From an uncultured Verrucomicrobiales bacterium (GTDB lineage: Bacteria; Verrucomicrobiota; Verrucomicrobiia; Verrucomicrobiales; CAZUPP01): a DNA stretch of 64,000 nt. Positions 46,649 to 55,510 of the stretch are shown piece after piece. Made by a program: the position numbers and the translations under genes. The DNA lies in contig CAZUPP010000008.1 in the NCBI GenBank assembly GCA_964622095.1, positions 15,773 through 79,772 of the forward strand, in the 5' to 3' direction. Position 1 is the first letter of the stretch, and every line of letters begins with the position of its first letter. The notes below the pieces were generated by a model. That model saw nothing but the letters and a program-made list of their open reading frames with translations, did not search any database and was not told the DNA's origin.

Positions 46649-46686
46649 TTCCAGAATTCAGGCTCGCTAACGCCTTAAACAATCGT

Positions 46687-46722
46687 AACCTGCCATGGCC
46701 GAAAGGCTGTGGCAGGTTTTTT
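46687..46722 (+). terminator. rho-independent terminator of glnN
   Basis: A 14-bp stem (aacctgccatggcc / ggctgtggcaggtt, including 2 G-U pairs) with a GAAA tetraloop, followed by a T run (the 3' arm ends in TT and four more T follow, giving TTTTTT). Confidence 0.75.
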
Positions 46723-46757
46723 GTTGAAAGGCGGCTCCTTGCAACAAGTGGCAAGGT

Positions 46758-47348
46758 TCAGGGAACTTCTTTAGTCAGAAGGAATCTCCCGGTTAAAGAA
46801 AATCCCTGCTTATCCGGATCAGAACCGGCTCCCGTGATACTGACTGAATTAATTTCAAAAAGCTTTTCCCTTGATTCAAGCGCAGCGAGCGCGTTACCCA
46901 TCGTCACAAAATTAACCGGTCCACTGTCAATTGACACCTTCACAGTGTTGAAGTCGTTTTCGAGCCCGGGCACATTGGCATCGCCCGTTTCCGAGATGGC
47001 GGTGGCTGGTTTCTCTACTCCCAGACTATTGAGTTGCCGGTTGATTCTCGGCGGCAGCCAGGTGATCGGGTCGCGCAGGGGCATTTCTTCCTCGTTGGTC
47101 AACGCGATATAATTTCGGCTTTTCTCCGCGGATTCCGCCGCCGCCTCGTTCGCGCTGCGGATCATTTGATTCGCGGTTTTGATGTTGCGCTGCATCAGTG
47201 CGATTTGCTGGTCCAGAGACTTCAATTCTTCCACCCGCGGCTTAACGAGCATCTGATGGATAAGATAAACCACCACCACGACGAGGATCACGCCGATTAA
47301 CATGCGCTTCTGTTGCTCCGGCGTCAGCCGGTCGAGACTTATCTTCAT
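46758..47348 (-). CDS. pilO: PilO-like pilus/secretion assembly protein
   Basis: Short cytoplasmic N-terminus, one TM (MLIGVILVVVVVYLI), a coiled coil (VEELKSLDQQIALMQRNIKTANQM), then a small alpha/beta domain. Third gene of the M-N-O triad. Confidence 0.6.
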   Translation of the reverse strand: MKISLDRLTPEQQKRMLIGVILVVVVVYLIHQMLVKPRVEELKSLDQQIALMQRNIKTANQMIRSANEAAAESAEKSRNYIALTNEEEMPLRDPITWLPPRINRQLNSLGVEKPATAISETGDANVPGLENDFNTVKVSIDSGPVNFVTMGNALAALESREKLFEINSVSITGAGSDPDKQGFSLTGRFLLTKEVP

Positions 47349-47378
47349 AAGGTGAATGGGGAAAACTACAAAATGAAC

Positions 47379-48050
47379 TTAGCCACCCGCCTGCGCTGTG
47401 GCTGGCGCTTCGCTGGCCAAGCCGTCCGCCGAGTCAGGTTTCTTGATCGCCACCATTTGAACTTCGAAATCCGTGAGGCCGTATTTCTCTCCCTCCAGGG
47501 AAACGGTGTTTTCTGCAGAGTAGAGCATCATGGGAAAATCTTTATTCACGTCAAAACCCAGGTCCTCCAGCCTGTTTTCAAACCTCTGGCTGAATTCGTC
47601 CGCCGTGTCATTGGCGTCTTTCTGATCCTTGCCTGCTGCACGTCCCCGGAAGGTCAGATTCAATATCTTCCCATCAGGCGTATAGGTGCCGTTGAGGGAA
47701 ATAATCTGAACCTTGGGTGGAGTCGCCTGCGCCAGTTCAGATAAAATGGGTGACCAGTAAAACCGGCTATTCACCCAATTCACCAGTGCTTCCGCGGTGG
47801 CGCTCTGCGCGAGATCTTCTTCTTTCTGAACGGCCGCTTCTTTGGAGCGAGGTTCCAGCTCCCTCCATTTCCGGTTCAAGTCCTCAAAAACATTGCGCTG
47901 GCCCTGCACCTTCGCGCCCAGCAGCATCCACCACGCAATCATTCCCATGCAAATCACCAGGGCTAAAAGCAGGCCGATCTTAATCGGATCCAGTTTTCTT
48001 TCCAGATCCGCCTGCTGTTTGGGAAATAGTAGATTTACTTCGAGCGCCAT
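47379..48050 (-). CDS. pilN: PilN-like pilus/secretion assembly protein
   Basis: N-terminal EVNLLFPKQQ (PilN INLLP-type motif), one TM (IGLLLALVICMGMIAWWML), a coiled coil and a periplasmic domain. Confidence 0.65.
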   Translation of the reverse strand: MALEVNLLFPKQQADLERKLDPIKIGLLLALVICMGMIAWWMLLGAKVQGQRNVFEDLNRKWRELEPRSKEAAVQKEEDLAQSATAEALVNWVNSRFYWSPILSELAQATPPKVQIISLNGTYTPDGKILNLTFRGRAAGKDQKDANDTADEFSQRFENRLEDLGFDVNKDFPMMLYSAENTVSLEGEKYGLTDFEVQMVAIKKPDSADGLASEAPATAQAGG

Positions 48051-48079
48051 ATTGCCTCCGAAAAAAAGAAAACGATCGG

Positions 48080-49159
48080 TCAGTGAGAGCTGCCTGTGAC
48101 TTGAAGTTGCTCCAGCGCGACCCCGGCGGCCACGGTGAGATTGATAAAGTCCGCCTGAAACGCTTCTTCCTGTCTCTTCGGTAGCTTTCTCTCACATAAC
48201 TCCGGGGGAAGCGGATCCCATAGCTCACACGGGATATCTACAAAACCCACCAGAGCCTGCAGAAGTCCCTGGGACGCCGCCATGCCGCCGGAGATTAATA
48301 CTTTGCTGATACTCTGGTCCTTGAGATTCTCGAAAAAACCGGCGGAATTCATGATCTCCCGGCTCAGGCCGGCAATATAGTTTTCTGCCCGCTGAACTAC
48401 TTCACGGTCGTCATTCTGCAGGCTGCCGATCACCTCCTCCGCACTCATCCCACTGTCCGCAGCCAGATAACTGATCAGTCCCTGGCCGCCATACTCCACC
48501 TTGCGGACTACGAACAGCTCTCCAAATGCGCCAATAATCAGATTGGTTTCCAGATGTCCTATATCCACCAGCATAAAGGCGCTGTTGTAGAAGGTTTGCT
48601 TCTGGGCAAACTGAAAGGCGTTAAAGATAGACACCGGCGCGGCCTGAAGTGATTTTGGATTGATGCGCTCTTTCAGGGTCGCGTTCCAGACCATTTCCAC
48701 CGTCGCCGCCGGCAGACCCGCCACCAGGTATTGCCGCTTGCGCTTGGTCCTCGAGCCGCTGGCGGATTCGGCCTCGGCCGCTTCGATCTTCGCGGGAGTC
48801 TCATTGAGCACGGTATCAAGGACGTAGCTGGTCACGTCCTGATCCAGGATGGCACTGCCGTTCATGCGCAGGGCATCACGTAGAATCGGTTTGGGCGTTT
48901 CGGATTGCTCGATGTTCTTGATGATCGCCTCAGGCTGCGTAATCGCCAAGCCGATCGTCTTGGAAGGAGCACCTACCCGTTTGATGGATTGCTTCAGGTA
49001 AAGAGAAAGCTCCTGCGCCGTGCGAATTTCACCGTCCACGAGCAGGTTGCTGTAACCGGTCACCGTCACACGATCCTTGCCTTTGCGCTGAAGGGAGATC
49101 GCCTTAATCGAATGATGACCGATATCAATGCCGGTCGCCGTGCTGGGAGCTTTTGCCAT
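48080..49159 (-). CDS. pilM: PilM-like actin-fold pilus assembly protein
   Basis: TGIDIGHHSIKAISL, MLVDIGHLETNLII and ISGGMAASQGL are the FtsA/PilM-type ASKHA motifs. 359 aa. Confidence 0.8.
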   Translation of the reverse strand: MAKAPSTATGIDIGHHSIKAISLQRKGKDRVTVTGYSNLLVDGEIRTAQELSLYLKQSIKRVGAPSKTIGLAITQPEAIIKNIEQSETPKPILRDALRMNGSAILDQDVTSYVLDTVLNETPAKIEAAEAESASGSRTKRKRQYLVAGLPAATVEMVWNATLKERINPKSLQAAPVSIFNAFQFAQKQTFYNSAFMLVDIGHLETNLIIGAFGELFVVRKVEYGGQGLISYLAADSGMSAEEVIGSLQNDDREVVQRAENYIAGLSREIMNSAGFFENLKDQSISKVLISGGMAASQGLLQALVGFVDIPCELWDPLPPELCERKLPKRQEEAFQADFINLTVAAGVALEQLQVTGSSH

Positions 49160-49397
49160 GACTGGTGAGAAAGAGGAAAGAAACTGATCTGTGGAGAACT
49201 GACCTGAAACTGGTCGAAAGCCGGAGACGGTGATTCAGGTGCCCGAATGACCCCGGACGATTGCTTCCGCTATCGCCCGCTTATATTTCACCTAGCTTAA
49301 CCGAGTTCATTCGGGAAGCAAAGTCTTCACCATCGCGGACGCGATGGATCAAAGGTCGGAGGGGGGAGAGAAATGTCATCGTCAGCCATCGGCTGCG

Positions 49398-50414
49398 TCA
49401 CACAAACATCTCCTGCTGCATATGTAGCCAGCGGTAGAGACGCAACTCGAACATTTGCGCAATGAGCGCGTCAACCGGGTCTGGCTGCATCAGCGTGGTA
49501 CAGATGCTGACCAGAAAGATTCGGAGAAGCTCGGAAGGCAGCCAGGCCCGCTCTTCCGCGGTCAGGGGCAGGTGCGTGGTGTCGTTGTAATATTCCACCC
49601 AGCTCTGGATGTGGTGCCAGGCCAGTTGACCATAGTCCGTCAGTTGGCGCTGGTGCGTCGCGCTCAGGTATGTGATGGCGCTCTGCAGGGCGTAGGCGAT
49701 GTCAAACAGGCGCTCGCGCTCTTGGAGAAAGTCATAATCCACCACCCCGGCAATCCCATCCCCGCGGTAGAGGATGTTCCAGAAATGGTAATCCCCATGC
49801 ACGGTGAGCCACGGTAACTGACCAATCCTCTGATTGTAGCCGTCCACCAGCGGAAGAAGAGCCTCCTTGGCTTCCCGCACGATATCCAGCGCCTGCCTGG
49901 CATCTGCCCGGGACTCCGCCGCTTCCTCCAGATTCGCTTCTCCATCTTCGAGGAAGGTCAGGATGGAATCCGGCCCGATGTCATTTCGCAGCTCCGGATT
50001 CACCGGTGTGATGTTCATGGGGCGTTCACAGAGAATGCGGTGCAGATCACCCAAGGCTCCTGCCGCACTGTGCATGCGGGCCCAGTCACGATGCACCCCG
50101 GTATCATGTGGGATGTAGCGGTGGACCTCTACGATGCGCTCTCCCCATACCACACAGCCGGAGCCTTCTGGCGTGCGCATGACCTCCGGTACTGGGAAGC
50201 CGCCCACACGCAGATTGTCCATGGCGGCGTGGATATACTCCACACGCTCGGCGAACTCATCCCCATGGCGCGCTCGAAGCATAAACATCCCGCGACCGGT
50301 GCGGAACGGCTCGGTTGTGTTGCACTGGGTGTCGATCGGCTTATCCATCCGGGTGACCCGGCCCAGATCGAACTTGTCCACCAGGCTCTGCAGTTGGGAC
50401 AAGCTGAGGTCCAT
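49398..50414 (-). CDS. phosphotransferase (APH / choline-kinase-like kinase family)
   Basis: HGDYHFWNILY (HxDxxxxN catalytic loop) and VVDYDF (metal-binding D). I took the start at ATG 50414; 50498 is also possible. Confidence 0.75.
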   Translation of the reverse strand: MDLSLSQLQSLVDKFDLGRVTRMDKPIDTQCNTTEPFRTGRGMFMLRARHGDEFAERVEYIHAAMDNLRVGGFPVPEVMRTPEGSGCVVWGERIVEVHRYIPHDTGVHRDWARMHSAAGALGDLHRILCERPMNITPVNPELRNDIGPDSILTFLEDGEANLEEAAESRADARQALDIVREAKEALLPLVDGYNQRIGQLPWLTVHGDYHFWNILYRGDGIAGVVDYDFLQERERLFDIAYALQSAITYLSATHQRQLTDYGQLAWHHIQSWVEYYNDTTHLPLTAEERAWLPSELLRIFLVSICTTLMQPDPVDALIAQMFELRLYRWLHMQQEMFV

Positions 50415-50858
50415 TCGCGTCCGAGGCAGTTTGCCTGAGCGCGTGTTAACGGTGACCTGAACGGTGATCTTCTTCGGTGGTGAGGCGCCTAGGGCCATGG
50501 GTATACGCGTTGATGGGCCAGTTCTGCAGCCCGTGCACGTCGGATTGCTTGCTTGCAAGCGACAAGACGGGGTCAGACTCAGCCAGATAAACCTGCCATA
50601 GCGGGAAGGGAAAAATGGTGTCCGCTTCGGGGGCGCACGGTCACACCACGTGATTATCTAACCCGCTCCTGCTTGAGAATCAATCCATTCTGTGCGTCGT
50701 GCGCTCTCCTCTTGTCACCCGGAGAGCCTTTTGCCATCTTTGCTTCACGCAGGTCCTTCCCAGGACCGCTTTCGCGGCAAGTTCCCCCACCGATGCGGCC
50801 GGCCATCCTTCCCCACACCCCTGGATTTATTGTTGTCAATCGACTCATTGCCACCCGT

Positions 50859-51395
50859 ATGAATTCGGAAAACCAGTTTCAGCAGTGGTTCCTGCTCAAA
50901 AAGAACGAATCTGAGCCGTTTGGTCCTTCCACCCTGGATCAGCTCCGCGCCTGGGCTGCGAGTGCAAAGATCTCGCCCATGGATATGGTGTCCAGTGATC
51001 AGGAGTCCTGGTTCCGCGCCCCTATGCTTCCAGAACTGGAGATGGACTGGCTCATTAAGATCTCCGCTGATCAATACTATGGGCCCACCACCCTGGGAGC
51101 GGTGAATGAGTTCCTGGAGGCAGGGGAGATCAATATCGACACCATGCTCATCAACTGTAAGTCTGGCCAGCAGCACTACATCGCGGACATGGATCTGGAG
51201 ATCGTGGATCTCTCAGAAGAAGACTCTGGAGCGCCCGCCGCGGAAACTTCCATCGGGCTGAGCCCGGAAGAAAAGATTCGCGCTCTGGAAGAAACGCTGG
51301 AGGAGGAGCGCCGCACCCTGCGGACGCTTGAACAGCAGTTCCACCAGTTGAGCGTGTTGTATAAGCAGGAAACCGGAAAAGATCCCCGGATTTAG
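50859..51395 (+). CDS. GYF_2 (DUF4339)-type double-domain protein with a C-terminal coiled coil
   Basis: Two copies of W-(x)n-GP-(x)-L......G.I pattern: QWFLLKKNESEPFGPSTLDQLRAWAASAKISPMDMV and DWLIKISADQYYGPTTLGAVNEFLEAGEINIDTML. Start moved to ATG 50859. Confidence 0.6.
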   Translation: MNSENQFQQWFLLKKNESEPFGPSTLDQLRAWAASAKISPMDMVSSDQESWFRAPMLPELEMDWLIKISADQYYGPTTLGAVNEFLEAGEINIDTMLINCKSGQQHYIADMDLEIVDLSEEDSGAPAAETSIGLSPEEKIRALEETLEEERRTLRTLEQQFHQLSVLYKQETGKDPRI

Positions 51396-51439
51396 TTGGT
51401 TAGGACTATTGAGATCTCAGTTAGCCGAAGGAGACGAGA

Positions 51440-52072
51440 ATGCGATTATTGTTTTCCATCCTTATCGTGTCAGGGCTGATCGCTCTGTTTCTTTATATCT
51501 GGAGTGTGATTGGTGCACCATGGCTGGAGGGTAATCTGGATGAGCCCAAAGAAATCACTCTCATGCTTATCTCCCTCGCGGTGATGGTGACAGTCTTCGT
51601 CATCCTCTTCACGTTTGTCATTCCAGATTTGGCGCAGGGTGTAGGTAACCTCTTTTACACGCCAGCACGCACCGAAGCGACGGAGAACAAGTATGCCACC
51701 GCTCTCAGCGCCCAGGCCCGAGGCGATTACGAAGAAGCGGTACAGGCCTACCTCGAGATCGCCCAGCAGGACCCGGAAGACATCCACGCCGTTTGTGAGG
51801 CGGCCAAAATCCGGGCCAACCGCCTGGACGATCCGGATTCTGCGATGGAATTGCTCAGCGAATACCTCGATGCGGGTCACGAGCCAGAAGCGGCCTCGCA
51901 ACTGGCTTTCATGCTGGCGGATATCGCCAAGGAAGGTAAGCAGGACTATGACTATGCCGCCGTGGTCCTGCGGCAAGTCATCGAAACTATGCCCGCTACA
52001 CCTCAAGCCCTGCATGCCGCCCAGGAAATCCGGCGTATGGAGCAAAAGGGGCAGATTGAACCTGCGGCCTGA
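51440..52072 (+). CDS. two-TM membrane protein with a TPR-like cytoplasmic domain
   Basis: MRLLFSILIVSGLIALFLYIW and ITLMLISLAVMVTVFVILFTFVI, followed by ALSAQARGDYEEAVQAYLEIAQQDPEDIHAV (TPR-like). Confidence 0.55.
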   Translation: MRLLFSILIVSGLIALFLYIWSVIGAPWLEGNLDEPKEITLMLISLAVMVTVFVILFTFVIPDLAQGVGNLFYTPARTEATENKYATALSAQARGDYEEAVQAYLEIAQQDPEDIHAVCEAAKIRANRLDDPDSAMELLSEYLDAGHEPEAASQLAFMLADIAKEGKQDYDYAAVVLRQVIETMPATPQALHAAQEIRRMEQKGQIEPAA

Positions 52073-52097
52073 ATTACCGTTAACCCTGAGACCTCAG

Positions 52098-53057
52098 ATG
52101 ATCTTCAATCAGTTAGGCCGGACCGGCCTCAAAATCTCCGCCCTTTCCTACGGCACCTGGCAGACCTTCGGCGAAACCGTGGAGCTTCCGGAGGCTGATG
52201 CCATTGTCTCGAAAGCATGGGACCTGGGTATCCGCTGCTTCGATGGCGCCGAAGCTTATGCCTTGGGCAAGGCGGATGAAATGATGGGGAATGTCCTTAA
52301 GAACAAGAACTGGCTTCGCGAAGAATATGTTCTGACCGGCAAATGCATCCGCGGCGCGGATGGTCCTCAGCACCACGGCATCTCCCGGAAGCGGCTGGTT
52401 TCATGCTGTGAGCGTACCCTCAAAAAGTATCATACGGATTATCTGGACCTGTTTTTCTGCCACCGCCCGGATGGCGTGACCCCCCCGGAAGAGATCGTCA
52501 TTACGATGAACGCCCTGATTCAGCAGGGCAAAATCCTTTACTGGGGGACAAGCGAATTTGAGCCCATGACCATCGAGCGGTTGTGGCAGTTTGCTGGCAG
52601 GCATGGCCTCGCCGGTCCCGTCGTTGAGCAGACCGGCTATAACCTGCTCAGCCGCGACCGGATGGAAAAGGATCTCCTCCCGCTCTTCGAAAAATGGGGC
52701 ATGGGCACGACGGTTTACTCACCCATCGCCGTGGGGCAACTGAGCGGGAAATACAATAACGGCATCCCGGAAGGGACACGCCTGGCCGATCACGAATGGC
52801 TGAGGAACCAATTGACGCCGCAGCGGCTCCAGCAATTGCAGAATCTCCAAAGGGTGGCGGATGAAATGGGCCAGCCCATGGCAACCATGGCCCTGGCCTG
52901 GGTCCTGAAGAAGCCGAACGTTTCTACCGCGATCACTGGGGCGCGCCGGGCCGATCAAGTGGAACGTAATCTGGGCGCAATCGAACTGGCGGAGAAGCTT
53001 ACGACGGAAGACCTCACAAGAATCGAGGCTGCACTCAACGTCGAAGCCGCCATTTAA
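52098..53057 (+). CDS. aldo/keto reductase (Kv-beta / YajO-like)
   Basis: LGRTGLKISALSYGTW, FDGAEAYALGKADEMMG, DLFFCHRPD, YWGTSEF. Start moved to ATG 52098. Confidence 0.85.
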   Translation: MIFNQLGRTGLKISALSYGTWQTFGETVELPEADAIVSKAWDLGIRCFDGAEAYALGKADEMMGNVLKNKNWLREEYVLTGKCIRGADGPQHHGISRKRLVSCCERTLKKYHTDYLDLFFCHRPDGVTPPEEIVITMNALIQQGKILYWGTSEFEPMTIERLWQFAGRHGLAGPVVEQTGYNLLSRDRMEKDLLPLFEKWGMGTTVYSPIAVGQLSGKYNNGIPEGTRLADHEWLRNQLTPQRLQQLQNLQRVADEMGQPMATMALAWVLKKPNVSTAITGARRADQVERNLGAIELAEKLTTEDLTRIEAALNVEAAI

Positions 53058-53791
53058 CCTGCCTCCAGCAGCCTGCAAAAGGTCATTGCGTCCCACTGCC
53101 CGCGCACGGCATGAGTTCCGAGATGCACATAGTTCAGGCGCGAGCCTGCCCGGGCAAGGATGAGCCGAGAGTAAGCGCCGAAAGGAGCGCCCATGCCCAT
53201 CGCGGCCCAGATCAGTCCGCTTTCGCTGGCGGCCTCCGCAAAGCGGAGCAGCTCATTGAGTTCGCGAAGCGCCACGGTGGTGGTGGCGGCCTTGAAGATA
53301 TCCACGGGCAGATCGCGGAGAGCGGTCCGGGCGCAATCCAGCAACCGGTCGCTGGCCGGTGTGCCCGTTAAATCATGCACAGAACACACGACGCGGATCC
53401 CCTGCGATCTCAGATCAGTTGCCAGTCCGGCAAACCTGGCCCCGACCTGCGGATCAATCAATGAAGCCAGCTCCATATCTGCCAGGCTGGCAAAAGGAGC
53501 GAAGCGGCAAAGAACCTCCACCCTCTGTAGGTCGCTCAGTCCGGCGGACGCGCCCCCTTCATCGGCCCGGCGGCAGGTAATGAGAAATCGTGGCGGTCCA
53601 CCCGGTGAAAGCTCCTGGAGCAGATCCTCCACTTCATCCAGATCCGCCGCCAGGCAATCAAGGCGCAGCTCCAGGAGAGAACAGGCCCGGATCATGGGAG
53701 CATCCGGGGCCGAGACGAGAAGGTGCAGATTCTCGCGGGTGTGAATGACCCCGACGATTTCACCCTGACGGTTTTCCGCGCTACCTTCCAT
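53054..53791 (-). CDS. aroD: type I 3-dehydroquinate dehydratase
   Basis: Motif-by-motif match to E. coli AroD: ELRLDCL/EWRVDHY, FLITCRRADEGG/LLFTFRSAKEGG, VVCSVHDLTGTP/VVMSNHDFHKTP, DIFKAATT/DIPKIALM (Schiff-base Lys), MGMGAPFGAYSRL/MSMAKTGVISRL. Confidence 0.75.
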   Translation of the reverse strand: MEGSAENRQGEIVGVIHTRENLHLLVSAPDAPMIRACSLLELRLDCLAADLDEVEDLLQELSPGGPPRFLITCRRADEGGASAGLSDLQRVEVLCRFAPFASLADMELASLIDPQVGARFAGLATDLRSQGIRVVCSVHDLTGTPASDRLLDCARTALRDLPVDIFKAATTTVALRELNELLRFAEAASESGLIWAAMGMGAPFGAYSRLILARAGSRLNYVHLGTHAVRGQWDAMTFCRLLEAG

Positions 53792-53934
53792 TTGCTGTGC
53801 GATACTCTTTAAAATTTATGCCACCCGGCCGGTAAGAAGAAGGTTCCGGGTGATATAAACAGGTTTCTTTTGACTCACTGCACCACCGCGGTCAGAACTC
53901 TCGCCGGTTTCCGCTGATTACATTTCTGGTCCCC

Positions 53935-55329
53935 ATGCTTCGTCGAACGCGAGAGCTTAATCAACAACTCTACCAGCTCTTGGACGGCCTGCTTCTGGGG
54001 TTGGCCTTTTTCCTCGCGCATGCCGTCCGCTATTACCTGACACCTTACACGGAGCTTTTCACGGCACGCATCGCTCCGTTTCAGAGTTTCCTCTGGATCA
54101 TCTTCATCATCGTTCCGTTCGGGCCTATTTTCCTGGAACTGCAGGGATTCTACCGGCAGCAACTGGGGCGCGGCCTGGAGCGTGCCATCTCCCAGATCAT
54201 TATTGCCATGCTGGGTCTTGCCCTGGTGCTGGGCATCTGCATTCTGCTGCTTCGTTACCCGGCGCCGCCCCGTTCAGTATCCGTCTTTTTTGCTGGGGCT
54301 GCCGTCTTTCTGCTTCTGGCCAGGCATCTCTTTGCCCGCTGGCTTTACCGGCACCGCACCCGTAAAGAAGCCCTTCGCGAGACCATCGTGCTGGCCGGCA
54401 CAGATGAGGACATCGCGTCCTTCGAGAACGAGATGGATTCAGAGTTCTATAGCCAATTCCGCGTGGTTGACCGGGTGGATATCCAACGCCAGCCCACCTC
54501 GGATCTGGTCGAGGTTCTCCACGAGTATTCCGTCAGCAAGGTCATCTTCGTCGCCGGTCACAGTTACCTCGGCAAAGTGGAGGAGGCCATCGGCGCCTGC
54601 GAGATCGAAGGGGTGGAGGTGTGGCTTCTGGCCAGCTTTATCACCACAAAGATCGCCCGGCCCCAGTTTGAGAGCCTCTTCGGCCACCCACTCATGGTCT
54701 TCCGGTCGACTCCGGAATCATCCTGGAGCTTGTGGATCAAGGAATTAATGGACCGGGTGGGATCGCTCGGGCTGATCATCGCGCTTTCGCCCCTGCTGAT
54801 CACCGTTTCTATCCTCGTTCGGCTAACCTCGCCGGGCCCTGCGATTTTCAAGCAGAAGCGGGCTGGCCTGCACGGTCGCGCCTTCACCATGTTTAAATTC
54901 CGGTCGATGTATCAGGACGCAGAACAGCGGAAAGCGGAGCTGGACGCGCTCAACCAGATGAGTGGACCGGTCTTTAAAATGGAAAATGATCCCCGGATCA
55001 CGGCCCTCGGCCGATTCATCCGGCGCACAAGCATTGATGAATTGCCGCAGCTTTTCAACGTGCTCCGGGGGGAAATGAGTCTGGTCGGGCCACGCCCGCT
55101 GCCGCTCTACGAAGTTGCGCAATTCGGAGACCGCGCGCAGCGGCGGCGTCTCAGTGTGAAGCCGGGTCTGACCTGTCTCTGGCAGATCAGTGGCCGCAAT
55201 AAGGTGACGGACTTTGAGGAGTGGGTCCGGCTGGACCTCGAATACATCGATCGCTGGTCCCTCTGGCTGGACATCAAAATCCTCCTGCGCACGATTCCTG
55301 CTGTGCTCTTTGGATCAGGAGCCCGTTAA
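53935..55329 (+). CDS. polyprenyl-phosphate glycosyl-1-phosphate transferase (WbaP/EpsB-type sugar transferase)
   Basis: N-terminal TM bundle. C-terminal bacterial sugar transferase domain: GPAIFKQKRAGLHGRAFTMFKFRSM, DPRIT..GRFIRRTSIDELPQLFNVLRGEMSLVGPRP. Confidence 0.85.
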   Translation: MLRRTRELNQQLYQLLDGLLLGLAFFLAHAVRYYLTPYTELFTARIAPFQSFLWIIFIIVPFGPIFLELQGFYRQQLGRGLERAISQIIIAMLGLALVLGICILLLRYPAPPRSVSVFFAGAAVFLLLARHLFARWLYRHRTRKEALRETIVLAGTDEDIASFENEMDSEFYSQFRVVDRVDIQRQPTSDLVEVLHEYSVSKVIFVAGHSYLGKVEEAIGACEIEGVEVWLLASFITTKIARPQFESLFGHPLMVFRSTPESSWSLWIKELMDRVGSLGLIIALSPLLITVSILVRLTSPGPAIFKQKRAGLHGRAFTMFKFRSMYQDAEQRKAELDALNQMSGPVFKMENDPRITALGRFIRRTSIDELPQLFNVLRGEMSLVGPRPLPLYEVAQFGDRAQRRRLSVKPGLTCLWQISGRNKVTDFEEWVRLDLEYIDRWSLWLDIKILLRTIPAVLFGSGAR

Positions 55330-55510
55330 CCTGAATCCACTGTTAAGCACTATCCTTCACCACCCGCGCGTGTTTCGCCCGTCCAGTCACCCGTCGATTT
55401 GTCCCAGACTGCCTCGCTTTGTATTGTGCTCCTGTTTCAGTCTGTGCTAGCCATGGCCCGCCTTTCGACCGACGCTGTTCTGGCCGCCGCGCCCTGCCCA
55501 CGGCCAAACC

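Noticed and set aside
50553-50858. N-terminal extension of the GYF-domain ORF, and similarly 51693..52097 for the aldo-keto reductase ORF
   Set aside because: The extensions are Pro/Arg/Ser-rich and, for the AKR, overlap the preceding TPR gene in another frame. Conserved domains begin at the internal Met codons.
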